Assembly (NCBI GenBank): GCA_951406725.2
Contig: OX597838.1
Location: forward strand, 9,610,001-9,674,000
Length of the DNA stretch: 64,000 nucleotides
Direction: 5' to 3'
From: Octopus vulgaris
Taxonomy: Eukaryota
Part shown: piece after piece, positions 44,648-58,421 of the stretch
How positions within the stretch are numbered: the stretch's first letter is position 1
Layout of the letters: each line of letters opens with the position of its first letter
Translations under genes and position numbers: made by a program
Notes under the pieces: model-generated
The model's database searches: none
Told to the model about the DNA's origin: nothing
The model's input: only the letters and a program-made list of their open reading frames with translations

Positions 44648-45209
44648 CTGAAGTATAAAATTGGAGATACATATTTATTTTTTTAAGCCTAATACTTATT
44701 CTATCGATCACTTTTGCCGAACCGCTAAGTTATTTGGATGCAAACACATGAACACCGGTTATCAGGCGGTGAGGGGAACAAAAACAGACAGAAAGACACA
44801 CATACAAACACACACACACACACACAGATATACATACGATGTTGATTGAGGAAAATGCTATAATGATGGAATCTGAATGAATGTGAAAAAATTTGGAGTT
44901 ATACACATCGTCATCTATTCAAAATCCACTCCTCAACACACCAGGCACACAAAATATGTTTTTTCTACTCTAGGCACAAAGCCCGAAATTTTGTGGGAGG
45001 TGGGCCGGTCGATTAATTTATCCCCCCACCCCGAAAGGATGAAAGGCAAAGTCGGCCTCGGCGGAATTTGAACTCAGAACGTAAATAGCGTTTCTGCCAG
45101 CTCGACGCCTTATGCACACAAAATATTGGCAACAAACAACCTCCAGGCATTCTGCACAGTTCTTCATTTATATGGATTAAACTTAGGAAGGAAAAAAAAA
45201 TACACAAAC

Positions 45210-45352
45210 CTCTTTCGTCAAATGGATTGTTATCTCCATGAGAACGAGTCTCGAAACTCATTTTGATGTCGGCTACATTGACGTCTGTTATCTTGGTAAA
45301 GCTAAGAGCTGATACTTTTGCCCAGTGTTCAAAGGCTCTCTCCAGAATTTTT
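45210..45352 (-). CDS. MMP-B exon 5 (catalytic domain)
   Basis: cag|A...G|gtttgt; KILERAFEHWAKVSALSFTKITDVNVADIKMSFETRSHGDNNPFDER. Confidence 0.95.
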
Positions 45353-45580
45353 CTGAAACATTTTAATTCGATTCATCCATAAAAAACAGATCCAATGCAG
45401 TTAATAATAATCAGACGTAACGCGTATTAACGAAATTAGTATTACTTAATCCATGCGAATAGTGTTTAAGATTAATTTACCCTCTTAACGTTTCTAGTAA
45501 TCAACTCCAGCCACTGAATATTCTTGCAGATTTATATTCTGGTTCTGTCATAAGTATTTTTGTAAGTACGATGAAGTCTA

Positions 45581-45966
45581 TGGATGGAAGCACTCCGTCG
45601 GTTCCGACGACGAGGGTTCCGGTTGATCCGATAAACGGAACAGCCTGCTCGTGAAATTAACGTGTAAGTGGCTGAGCACTCCACAGACACGTGTACCCTT
45701 AACGTAGTTCTCGAGGATATTCAGCGTGACACAGAGAGTGACAAGACCGACCCTTTGAAATACAGGTACAACAGAAACAGGAAGTAAGAGTGAGAGAAAG
45801 TTGTGGTGAAAGAGTACAGCAGGGATCACCCCTCCCCCCTGCCGGAGCCTCGTGGAACTTTAGGTGTTTTCGCTCAATAAACACTCACAACGCCCGGTCT
45901 GGGAATCGAAACCGCGATCCTACGACCGCGAGTCGATGCCCTAACCACTGGGCCATTGCGCCTCCA
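45581..45966 (-). mobile_element. tRNA-derived SINE S1, full length
   Basis: A/B boxes; TSD cgatgaagtcta. Confidence 0.87.
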
Positions 45967-46304
45967 CGATGAAGTCTATACATCATTAGGGAAGCCTAAA
46001 ATGCCAAAACAAGAGACATTCAGCAACAGTATTCTAAAGTAAAGATTATTTGCCAACATAATGTGGCAGTCCCGGTTGGGATGAATGTTACTGTTATTTA
46101 GCCCCATGAAACATTTCTGTTTTCATTGAGAGATTTAGAAATGGTAGTATTTCTTTTTTTATTAGATCAGTGACTGTGTGTCGCTTTGAAAATTATATAT
46201 ATTTTCGAACAGGAGTTTGTCAGCGCCACCTCTAGCCAAGCAAAGTAGTATTTATATGAAAGAAGTAATTCCAAAACGGGACATTCAGACAATACTAGAA
46301 GCAT

Positions 46305-46689
46305 GGGAGGCGCAATGGCCCAGTGGTTAGGGCAGCGGACTCGCGGTTGTAGGATCGCGGTTTCGATTCCCAGACCGGGCGTTGTGAGTGTTTATTGAGC
46401 GAAAACACCTAAAGTTCCACGTGGCTCCGGCAGGGATGGTGGTGATCCCTGCTGTACTCTTTCACCACAACTTTCTCTAACTCTTACTTCCTGTTTCTGT
46501 TGTACCTGTATTTCAAAGGGCCGGCCTTGTCACTCTCTGTGTCACGCTGAATATCCTCGAGAACTACGTTAAGGGTACACGTGTCTGTGGAGTGCTCAGC
46601 CACTTACACGTTAATTTCACGAGCAGGCTGTTCCGTTTATCGGATCAACCGGAACCCTCGTCGTCGTAACCGACGGAGTGCTTCCATCC
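46305..46689 (+). mobile_element. tRNA-derived SINE S1, full length
   Basis: A/B boxes; TSD actagaagcat. Confidence 0.87.
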
Positions 46690-47165
46690 ACTAGAAGCAT
46701 AAACGACCAGATGCTTTGTTTCTCAATCGACATCACAGCATGGTCGTGATAGCCCACTTAATAACGATTAGTGGAACAGTAGTACATCACATAAACATTG
46801 TCCTCAGAGACTACGTACAAGGAAAAGGACAAGCTTAGATCAATATCCACGAAACAAGTTCAATAATACAAAATATATTAACGAAGTTAATATATTAATA
46901 TATATTAGTGAAGGCGCATGGCTCAGTGGTTAGAGCGTCGATCGTGAGGTTGTGAGCTCGAATCCCGACCAGGCTGCGTGTTGTGTTATTGAGCAAGACA
47001 CTTTATTTCACGTTGCTCCAGTTTACTCAGCTGTAGAAATGAGTTGCGACATCACAGGTGCCAAGCTGTATCGGCCTTTTGCCTTTCCCTTGGATAACAC
47101 TGGTGGCGTGGAGAGGGGGAGGCCGATATGCACGGACATGAGTGTGCGCGCATGCGTATGTATAA

Positions 47166-47198
<33 letters not shown>

Positions 47199-47234
47199 AT
47201 TTTACTGTGGTTAACCCCGACTCAACCCGGGACC

Positions 47235-47298
<64 letters not shown>

Positions 47299-47302
47299 CA
47301 TA

Positions 47303-47360
<58 letters not shown>

Positions 47361-48009
47361 TACATATATATACCTCGCTGAGATAAATATTCAATTCACC
47401 TGAAGATTGACTGTAACCATAACTTGAATTATTAAGAATTGTACAGCCATGAAACGATCGTAGTGTTTTACTCTTTATCATTTTTTAAACTTATAATACT
47501 TTTGATTATTTTAAAAATAATATAAACTAATTAATTTTATGTATTGGCTTATGTTTTTCATTGTTTGATTTCTCTAATAGTGGTTTTATCTCTAATTTTA
47601 TATATATATATATATAGATATATATAGATATATATATATATATTCTTTACTGGCCACAAGGGGGTAAACACAGAGGGGACAAACAAGGACAGACACACGG
47701 ATTACGTCGATTGCAAAAGTACAAAGCCAGGAATTTTGGGCAGGGAACAAGTCAATTACATCGACCCCCAGTGTGTCACTGGTACTTAATTTATGGACCT
47801 CGAAAGGATGAAGGGCAAAGTCGACCTCGGCGGAATTTGAACTTACAACGTAGCTACGGACGAAATGCCGCTAAGCATTACATCCGGCGTTGCTTACGAT
47901 TCTGCCAGCTGACCGCCTTATGTTTAGTTACAATAAAATAACGTTTAAAAAGAAAACACCTTAATAGTAATCTGGAGGATGACTCGACAATTTTGCATAG
48001 TATACTTAC

Positions 48010-48091
48010 AACTGTTCTTTCGTTGTTAGGTTTGATGTTCTACTGTATCGTTTCACTGCCCATGTTAAATCTTTTTTCTTCCAAGCAGAAA
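48010..48091 (-). CDS. MMP-B exon 4 (catalytic domain start)
   Basis: tag|TT...TT|gtaagt; VSAWKKKDLTWAVKRYSRTSNLTTKEQL. Confidence 0.92.
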
Positions 48092-48206
48092 CTAAATCAC
48101 ACACAAAGAAAAAAATGTTAACGCTTCACTTAAAAAGTCATATATACATACGCACAAATACTTACACACATTCACACACCCATATACACTGACACACTTA
48201 TATATG

Positions 48207-48311
<105 letters not shown>

Positions 48312-48467
48312 AGGTCCCGGGTTGAGTCGGGGTTAACCACAGTAAATAAGGTACTCAATACATAGCAGAGTAAATTAATTTATTTTATAGAAGGAGCTTC
48401 TACAGGACTAGAACTGTTTCATTCAAAAGAAATCATCAGGAAGATAGGTCACCTAGCTAGGTCACCT

Positions 48468-48518
48468 AGCTTCCTGATGATTTCTTTTGAATGAAACAGT
48501 TCTAGTCCTGTAGAAGCT
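48468..48518 (+). ncRNA. Type I hammerhead ribozyme (second locus; inverted copy 48395-48445 on -)
   Basis: Sequence identical to 58288-58338. Confidence 0.75.
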
Positions 48519-48529
48519 CCTTCTATAAA

Positions 48530-48568
<39 letters not shown>

Positions 48569-49430
48569 ACGGAAAGCTTTATGAAAATAGACAAAAGACG
48601 AAGGCAGGTGGAAAACAAACAAACAATTGTATTAGTATGGCGCTCAGGAAATATAAATAAAACAAGTCTTTAACGTTTCGAGCCTACGCTCTTCAACAGA
48701 AAGATACACAGAGAGAAAAAAAAACACAGAAAGAAGGAGAGAAAAAAAATGCGTGCAGTAACTAACGAATCAACATGGCGATCTGATTTCGGCCAGAGGT
48801 CAAAGACAGTCAAAAATTGTGAAGCATGACTGTCACCACTACTACATGAACCTGAAGATTGCATAATTTAATGCATGAAAGTACTAGTTCAATCAGAATG
48901 AACATTTAACATTCTACTATTTTATTTTATTCTATTATATTATATTATCTTATATTATATCATTATAAGATTGTAAATAAAACGTGAAAATCAGACAAGG
49001 TTGGAATTCCTTTTATTAATATATATATACATATATACATATACATACATGCGAACGCTTCAGCACCTGACGCGTGGTACGCAGTGTACTTGTCGATTTC
49101 GAAAGACATCTGTTGTAATGTCCTGTTATTTGTATTTGTGTAGCATTCTCCGTTTTTTTTCCGTCCTTGTTTTCGTATGCATTTGCTGATTTCTTCCAAG
49201 GAATCTAATGCTCTTAGCTTAGTTTTTCCTTAGGGCTGGTCAGACTGGAGCAATCTCAAGTATAACCAGCCGAAATTGCAAAGACAATCTGGAAATCGAC
49301 TGAGGATAGAAAACTCCGAATGACCCGTCTTTGTTTCTTTGTATCGTCTATCTGGATGTTTTGTTGTCCCTTTTTTGTATCACCTAACTGTGTGGATGTT
49401 TTGCGTTCTTGTCCCATTTTGTATTTTTTA

Positions 49431-49495
<65 letters not shown>

Positions 49496-50214
49496 TATCA
49501 TAAAATAATTATAATAATAACAATAAGACTTAATATAGATGAAATAGTTAAATAAGTGGTTGAGAGTCTTTTGACTTCTATTTCTTGCATATTGGTATTT
49601 TTTCCAAGTATCCTTCATTATTATAAATATATATATATATATATATATACATATAGGACGAGCTTCTTTCAGTTTCCGTCTACAAAACTCACTCACAGGG
49701 TTATGGTGGGCCCGAGGCTATAGTAGAAGACACTAGCTCAAGGTGGCATGCAGTGGGACTGAACTTAGAAACATGTGGTTGGGAAGCAAACCCCTTCCTC
49801 CACAACCACGCCTGTGCTCCCAAAAACATTAAAATATTAGTATAGTATAGTTTTCATGAAGCATTTTCTGATATATATATAAATGTTTAGGTATTTTTTT
49901 CAGTCAAAACTGTACAAGTTCGAAACACATTACAGAGTAGAGAAGTCAGCAATCGACATCTTCTCCGTAGATATCTTGACGAGGTTCTAACCCTAGAATA
50001 CGGAAACACTGAGTAACAGTACTAACCATCAACCTGTATTTTTGCGGGATTTTGGCTTTAAAGTATTTAAAGATTACGGAGATGTACTTGCATAGCAAGT
50101 GACCTGATCTGAGATCGTGTGCTGAAACGAAAACAATTGCAGCGTGGAAGGTGTTTATAAGCCATTTAAGAAACACACAAAAGCCGTTCGATTCACTTCA
50201 ACATTTAAGTTTAA

Positions 50215-50265
50215 TTTGTCAAAATATTTTCGTCGCTTTAAGACCGCGACCTGTTCACTGACAAA
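50215..50265 (-). ncRNA. Minimal hammerhead-like motif with G3:C8 core variant
   Basis: UUUGUCA-GUGAACA-G-GUCGC ggucuuaaa GCGAC-GAAA-AUAU-UU-UGACAAA. Confidence 0.6.
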
Positions 50266-50492
50266 ATTCCGTGCTGCATCTCTTTAAAGATTTAGAATAT
50301 TATTAGTTATCGAGCTAATGCTGTCTTTTCCCCACCACATTGTTATTTCTAATGTGATTATTTTTATGCTCATTACATTGAACAGTTTGACATTTATATA
50401 CGAGTATCTTCTCTCTCAGTTTCGTCAATCTCGGAAATAAGTACAATGTTAAAACAACATATAGGAAGTTAATTCAAATAATAATCGCTCAC

Positions 50493-50620
50493 CTGCTGTA
50501 AACGAGGCCATTTTGTCGTTTAAATAGTCCAAGTTTCCACAGCGAGACATGCTCATTAGTTTTATTGTGAACTTGTCCATAAATCCAGTTTCTTGAAGCC
50601 CATTGAATTTTTGAAATTTC
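50493..50620 (-). CDS. MMP-B exon 3 (cysteine switch SRCGNLD)
   Basis: cag|G...G|gtgagc; KFQKFNGLQETGFMDKFTIKLMSMSRCGNLDYLNDKMASFTA. Confidence 0.94.
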
Positions 50621-51002
50621 CTGATTAAAAATATAATATAAAGAATCATAAGCATGTAATTTAAAAATAGGACAACTAAAGTACAACACACGGGGTGGGG
50701 GAAAATGTCATACAAACAAATCGATGAGGAAGCATACATTTTTCATTTGTTGTCAGTTCTCTTTTATTTGTTTCAGTCATTGACTACGGCCATGCTACAG
50801 TACCACCTTCATGGAATTAATTGAACAAATCGGCCCCAGGGTATAGCATTTCAGAAGCAAAAGTCTGGTTCTTGTTTTATCGGTCTCTTTCACCAATGGC
50901 TTTGTAAACAGAGCAACACCAGTTGTCAAGCAGTGAGGTGGAGATGTGCACCCAAACACACATACAGATATACATACATGAATGCATACACACATACATA
51001 CA

Positions 51003-51038
<36 letters not shown>

Positions 51039-51086
51039 TGTATGTATGTATGTATGCATGTATGTATGTACGTATGTATGTATGTG

Positions 51087-51153
<67 letters not shown>

Positions 51154-51541
51154 GTTTAGCAAGATTCTTGATGTGAAATCGTGTTTTGAAACAGATATTG
51201 CTGTATTTAGGAATGGTCATGTTGCCAGTTTAGCCAATAAATACACACATTTTGTCAAAATGGCTAATCGTTAGTAAGGCGAGACACACAAATAAGAAAG
51301 AAGAAAGCAAAGGACCACTGATGAGGTCACACAAGTGTGACGAAAGAACGCTAGCCGAAATAAGATTATGATTAATGTAAAAAATAAATAAAGCTAAAGC
51401 AACTTAACACCAAATATATAATGCGTGTGTTTTTATTGGTTAAACTGGCAACATGACCATTCCTAAATACAATATATATAGATAGATAGATAGATAGGAT
51501 GGATGGATGGATGGATAGATGGATGGATAGATAGATAGATG

Positions 51542-51588
<47 letters not shown>

Positions 51589-51613
51589 GGATGGATGGAT
51601 GGATGGATGGATG

Positions 51614-51676
<63 letters not shown>

Positions 51677-51741
51677 GGATGGATGGATGGATAGATGGAT
51701 GGATGGATGGATGGATAGATGGATGGATAGATAGATAGATG

Positions 51742-51776
<35 letters not shown>

Positions 51777-51785
51777 GGATGGATG

Positions 51786-51865
<80 letters not shown>

Positions 51866-52158
51866 TGTTTCTTTATTAGTGACACAGGGCTGCACACAGA
51901 TAGAACAAATTACAAGGTAGAGCTTTTCTTTTGAAGGTTTAAAAAAGAAAAAAGGAAGGGGGAGTTTCGATCAAAAGGGATCGTAAAAGGAGAGAAAGAG
52001 GACAAAAAAAGGGGTTAAAAAAAAAGGGGGAGAGGAAAAAAAATTGATCAATAGGGATCGTTATCACAGAAATGTCAATATGAAGTGTAAAGGGGAGGAC
52101 AGGTGAGGTTTACCCGTGGAAAGAAAAGCCTACAGAAAAGACCACGGTAACCTCGGTC

Positions 52159-52203
<45 letters not shown>

Positions 52204-52236
52204 GGATGGATGGATGGATGGATGGATGGATGGATG

Positions 52237-52316
<80 letters not shown>

Positions 52317-52327
52317 TACTCATTTAC

Positions 52328-52419
52328 AAAATTCCTTCTGTAATGTTTTCTAGAGGTATTTCTGCACTTCGATCAGAGTTATTGGCAAGTTTTATATAAC
52401 CATACCGAATAAGTATATT
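52328..52419 (-). CDS. MMP-B exon 2 (propeptide)
   Basis: tttcag|AAT...TT|gtaaat; [31 protein letters not shown]; phases 0/2 as in MMP-A. Confidence 0.88.
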
Positions 52420-52462
52420 CTGAAAGAGAGAAAAAATAACAAAGAAGATATATAATACTTTA

Positions 52463-52531
<69 letters not shown>

Positions 52532-52710
52532 GTTTGACTTTTGCTTTACATTTGTACAAGCTGGTTCCAAGTCTCACCCAGAGACCTCAAGAGGCAACAG
52601 GTTGGAAGTTCATGTTGTTGTTATGCCTAGTGTGCCATATATTTGGTTTTGTATTTAGTGTTGTACTAGTGAATGTCTAAAAAAAAACATACGAAATTTT
52701 GTTTGTTTTG

Positions 52711-52775
<65 letters not shown>

Positions 52776-53594
52776 GTGAGAGAGCAGCACATGCCATTAA
52801 ATTGATACTGGGGTAAAATATACGAAGCCCAGTATACCCATCATGACTACCCGTCTGATAAGGGTACACCAGGCACATGCATCAAAACCATATGTGCGCG
52901 ACATGGTGATCTCATATCAAGATAAACAGCACATGACCTTGCAGGTGGGGCCCAGTTAGAATTTTCTTCAGGTTGAGTAGCCCATCCCGCTCAAAATGTC
53001 CCTGAATAAGGGTTGTTTAAGGATGCTGAAAGAACCACCCATGTTTCCAGAGGTGAATTATTCAAACCCCAAAGAATCAACACATGGCTATGATGCTCCC
53101 CCACTACTTCTGCTCGTGATCAGAGATGCACATATCGTCAGCCACTAAGGGACATGCTCATCTGGTTAATGTTAAACAACTGACAAGCAAATCTGTGGTA
53201 TTGAGCAGAATATTTGCTGTAGCCCATCTTTTATACCAAGACAAAACAATGTACATGATATCACTTCCAAGCAATTAAGATCAGAAGCCACGAGAGTCAC
53301 TGCCTCGTACTACATCAGGATATATGTTGTTTTTGTTGTTGTTGCTGCTGCTGCTTTTGCAGTTGTTGTTGTTGTTGTTACGCCATTGAGCTGGCAGAAT
53401 CGTTAGCACGCCGGACGAAATGTTTTGTGGTATTCCACCCGCTGCTACGTTCTGAGTTCAAATTATCCCGCGGTCGAATTCGCCTTTCATCCTTTTGAGG
53501 TCAATAAATTAAGTACCAGTGAAACACTGGGGTTAATATAATCGACTAGTCCCCTCGCTAAAAATTTCAGGCCTTATACCTATAGTAGAAAGGA

Positions 53595-53656
<62 letters not shown>

Positions 53657-53669
53657 ATTATTATTATTA

Positions 53670-53730
<61 letters not shown>

Positions 53731-53780
53731 CATTATTATTATTATCATTATTATTATTATTATTATTATCATTTTTATCA

Positions 53781-53814
<34 letters not shown>

Positions 53815-53888
53815 CATCATTATTATTATCATCATTATTATTATTATCATTATTATTATTATTATTATCATTATTATTATTGTTGTTG

Positions 53889-53958
<70 letters not shown>

Positions 53959-54229
53959 CATCATCATTAGAAAGGGCAGTCAAACCTAAACCACGAAAAA
54001 AATTAATTCCAAAGAGAATGAAAGCAAAAAAATCATTTATATTTGTGTGTGGTGATTTCATTTAGGCACAGAGCAGATTCGAACCTGAAACTGCCAATTT
54101 CCTTTAACATTTCAACTGCACTTTTCTCACGGTAAAACAATAGTTTTTTGTTTTTGGTTTTTTTCTGGGAGTGATCGCAGTTACAATTACCATATGGCTT
54201 TGCCAAGCCGATTCTAGTCTTTTGCCACT

Positions 54230-57012
54230 TGACCATCCTAACTTCTTTTTAGGCCATGAAAAGCTGGAATTGAGATAACAGTGGACCCTCCCCAACATTA
54301 TGTTTTTCCTTCTAACTGGTTTACTCTTTTTACTCTTTTTACTTGTTTCAGTCATTGGACTGCGGCCATGCTGGAGCACCGCCTTTAGTCGAGCAACTCG
54401 ACCCCGGGACTTATTCTTTGTAAGCCCAGTACTTATTCTATCGGTCTCTTTTGCCGAACCGCTAAGTGACGGGGACGTAAACACACCAGCATCGGTTGTC
54501 AAGCAATGCTAGGGGAACAAACACAGACACACAAACATATTCACACACACTTATATATATATACATATATACGACAGGCTTCTTTCAATTTCCATCTACC
54601 AAATCCACTCACAAGGCATTGGTCGGCCCGGGGCTATAGCAGAAGACACTTGCCCAAGATGCCACGCAGTGGGACTGAACCCGGAACCATGTGGTTGGTT
54701 AGCAAGCTACTTACCAAACAGCCATTGAATAATTATAAATACTAAACACCGCGGGAAAAAAGTTAGTTAGCAAAAGGAGATGACGTAGAGGCGACCACGG
54801 GCAGAATCCAGTCAGTGAGATAATTGAACCGAGAGAAGGCTTACAGCTAGAATATCAAATATGATAGTGTCTTGTCCCAAAACCGCTGCTGTTTAAATGT
54901 CAGGCACAATGTAGGTATCCTCTTATCGACTTCCTACACTTACATTTACTCTATCTTCCTACCGTGGTCTTTTCCGTAGGCTTTTCTTTCCATGACACTG
55001 TGAAGTGGTCAAAACTGAAATTCTTAGAAACCCCTTGAAGTCAATATCCTGTCCAGCAGACCAAAAAACTTCTTTCCTTCTTCTTCCCTCTCCCTTCCCC
55101 TCTTTCTCTTTAGCAATCACCTCAGATACAAACACACACACACAGGTGTGACATTTCTGTGATAACGATCCCTATTGATCGATTTTTTCTTTTTCCTTTT
55201 ATTTTTACACCCCCCCCCACTTTTTTTTTGCTTTCCTCTTTCTTTCCTTTTACGATCCCTTTTGATCGAAAACCAAAACCCCCTTTTTTTATCCCCAAAA
55301 AGAAAAGCTCTACCTTGTAATTTGTCCCGTCTGTGTGCAGCCTTGTGTGGCTAATAAAGAAACATATATTCCTCTAATCCCTAGTTAGGCAGCTAGTAGT
55401 TGCTCAACATGTGGAGGCGCAATGGCCCAATGGTTAGGGCAGCGGACTCGCGGTCGTAGGATCGCGGTTTCGATTCCCAGACCGGCCATTGTGAGTGTTT
55501 ATTGAGCGAAAACACCTAAAGCTTCACAAGGCTCCTGCAGAGGGTGGTGGTGAACCTTGCTGTACTCTTTCACCACAACTTTCTCTCACTCTTTCTTCCT
55601 GTTTCTGTTGTACCTGACCATCCTAACTTCTTTTTAGGCCATGAAAAGCTGGAATTGAGATAACAGTGGACCCTCCCCAACATTATGTTTTTCCTTCTAA
55701 CTGGTTTACTCTTTTTACTCTTTTTACTTGTTTCAGTCATTGGACTGCGGCCATGCTGGAGCACCGCCTTTAGTCGAGCAACTCGACCCCGGGACTTATT
55801 CTTTGTAAGCCCAGTACTTATTCTATCGGTCTCTTTTGCCGAACCGCTAAGTGACGGGGACGTAAACACACCAGCATCGGTTGTCAAGCAATGCTAGGGA
55901 ACAAACACAGACACACAAACATATTCACACACACTTATATATATATACATATATACGACGAGGCTTCTTTCAATTTCCATCTACCAAATCCACTCACAAG
56001 GCATTGGTCGGCCCGGGGCTATAGCAGAAGACACTTTGCCCAAGATGCCACGCAGTGGGACTGAACCCGGAACCATGTGGTTGGTTAGCAAGCTACTTAC
56101 CAAACAGCCATTGAATAATTATAAATACTAAACACCGCGGGAAAAAAGTTAGTTAGCAAAGGAGATGACGTAGAGGCGACCACGGGAAGAATCCAGTCAG
56201 TGAGATAATTGAACTGAGAGAAGGCTTACAGCTAGAATATCAAATATGATAGTGTCTTGTCCCAAAACCGCTGCTGTTTAAATGTCAGGCACAATGTAGG
56301 TATCCTCTTATCGACTTCCTACACTTACATTTACTCTATCTTCCTACCGTGGTCTTTTCCGTAGGCTTTTCTTTCCATGACACTGTGAAGTGGTCAAAAC
56401 TGAAATTCTTAGAAACCCCTTGAAGTCAATATCCTGTCCAGCAGACCAAAAAAACTTCTTTCCTTCTTCTTCCCTCTCCTTTCCCCTCTTTCTCTTTAGC
56501 AATCACCTCAGATACAAACACACACACACAGGTGTGACATTTCTGTGATAACGATCCCTATTGATCGATTTTTTTCTTTTTCCTTTTATTTTTACCCCCC
56601 CTCCCCCGCCCCCGCTTTCTTTTTGCTTTCCTCTTTCTTTCCTTTTACGATCCCTTTTGATCGAAAACCAAAACCCCCTTTTTTTTTATCCCCAAAAAGA
56701 AAAGCTCTACCTTGTAATTTGTCCCGTCTGTGTGCAGCCTTGTGTGGCTAATAAAGAAACATATATTCCTCTAATCCCTAGTTAGGCAGCTAGTAGTTGG
56801 TCAACATGTGGAGGCGCAATGGCCCAGTGGTTAGGGCAGCGGATCGCGGTCATAGGATCGCGGTTTCGATTCCCAGACCGGGCATTGTGAGTGTTTATTG
56901 AGCGAAAACACCTAAAGCTTCACAAGGCTCCTGCAGAGGGTGGTGGTGAACCTTGCTGTACTCTTTCACCACAACTTTCTCTCACTCTTTCTTCCTGTTT
57001 CTGTTGTACCTG
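54230..57012 (+). repeat. About 1.39-kb direct tandem duplication
   Basis: 54230-55614 repeated from 55615; duplicated ORFs offset by 1385; junction truncates SINE S1 in the first copy. Confidence 0.93.
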
Positions 57013-57192
57013 TATTTCAAAGGGGCCAGCCTTGTCACACTCTGTGTCACGCTGAATCTCCTCGAGAACTACGTTAAGGGTACACGTGTCTGTGGAGTGC
57101 TCAGCCACTTGCACGTTAATTCCACGAGCAAGCTGTTCCGTTGATCGTATCGGCTGGGACACTCATCATCGTAACCGACGGAGTGCTCCTAC
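56808..57192 (+). mobile_element. tRNA-derived SINE S1, full length
   Basis: A/B boxes; TSD tagttggtcaacat. Confidence 0.85.
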
Positions 57193-58059
57193 TAGTTGGT
57201 CAACATAAACAGCAACAACATACAAGAGAAGATAACTTTCTCTATTCTTTTTATATGATACACATATGGCCGCCGAGACATGGCATAATTATAAAGTAAC
57301 GGTAAATAAATTTGGACCACTGTTCCTCTTTCAACTTCTTTCACATCTGCAACAACATCATCATCGATATAACAACTCAAAACGAATAACTGCCTCTACC
57401 GTTACGATGGTAACAGCCGACAGCAAAATTTGCCTTTATAACAATTAGCAACTGCCGACTCCAACACATATCCTAAAATATTATCGATGATATTGCTTCC
57501 ACTCTGGAGACACCAACGAAAAACTTGCCGGGAATGGGACCTCAAAATAACAAAACGATACGGGCACGAGACGAGATCGCTGGTGGGCAGACGAGGGACA
57601 AAACAACAAACAGAATAAAGGCTTTGGGCCGCACGAAAACAATAATTAAAATTATAATAATACATAAACAGCAAAAAAGCATCAGGGCTGCAAGACAAGA
57701 CAAAAATGGGTAAAGCGAAGGAGAAATGACAAACTGTGCTGAAGGACTACAAATGGGTCGAGCGAAGAGCTCAGAAAATCGTGACCAGTTCGGTTGAAGG
57801 ACACGCGGAAATAATGACACCACTTTAGACCGTCACGGATCACGTGATAGTGGGAGGAGGGTAACAGACAAAGTCAGACAGCAACAGAGAGAGAGAGAGA
57901 GAGGAAATATGAGAAGCAAAGTAAAGAGGCAAAGCGGTACAAAAATATTCCAAGAATATTTCTACAAATGGGTAAAAAAAAGTTAATGAGTGCTTGCGTT
58001 ACATAAATATTATTTTCAGGATTAAATAAAAAGACAACAAACGGAAAATAAGACATACC

Positions 58060-58122
<63 letters not shown>

Positions 58123-58287
58123 TTATATATACATAAATATATATACATATATATATGTAGGTCCCGGTTGATTTAGGGTTAACCACAGTAAATAAGGTAC
58201 TCAATACATAGCAGAGTAAATTAATTTATTTTATAGAAGGAGCTTCTACAGGACTAGAACTGTTTCATTCAAAAGAAATCATCAGGA

Positions 58288-58338
58288 AGCTTCCTGATGA
58301 TTTCTTTTGAATGAAACAGTTCTAGTCCTGTAGAAGCT
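58288..58338 (+). ncRNA. Type I hammerhead ribozyme (mirror copy on - strand)
   Basis: AGCUUC-CUGAUGA-U UUC UUUU GAA U-GAAA-CAG uucuaguc CUG-UA-GAAGCU: stem I 6 bp, canonical core, stem III, GUA cleavage triplet. Confidence 0.75.
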
Positions 58339-58421
58339 CCTTCTATAAAATAAATTGAATTTACTCTGCTATGTATTGAGTACCTTATTTACTGTGGGTT
58401 AACCCCGACTCACCCGGGACC

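Noticed and set aside
46305-46380. tRNA gene (also 35692-35765, 9354-9428)
   Set aside because: tRNA-like heads of SINEs with body sequence and TSDs, not standalone tRNAs
49190-49310. ggctggt...accagcc-GAAA-ttgcaa hammerhead-like half
   Set aside because: 5' core CUGANGA absent; at best a decayed relic
52530-53320. Possible R4/Dong-like LINE ends within (TTA)n
   Set aside because: Looks like interspersed repeat sequence, but no coding motif is visible to support a family call
53567-54061. Signal-peptide-like ORF followed by poly-Asn as candidate MMP-B exon 1
   Set aside because: No suitable phase-0 donor found, and it runs into (TAA)n; 58749-58823 fits better
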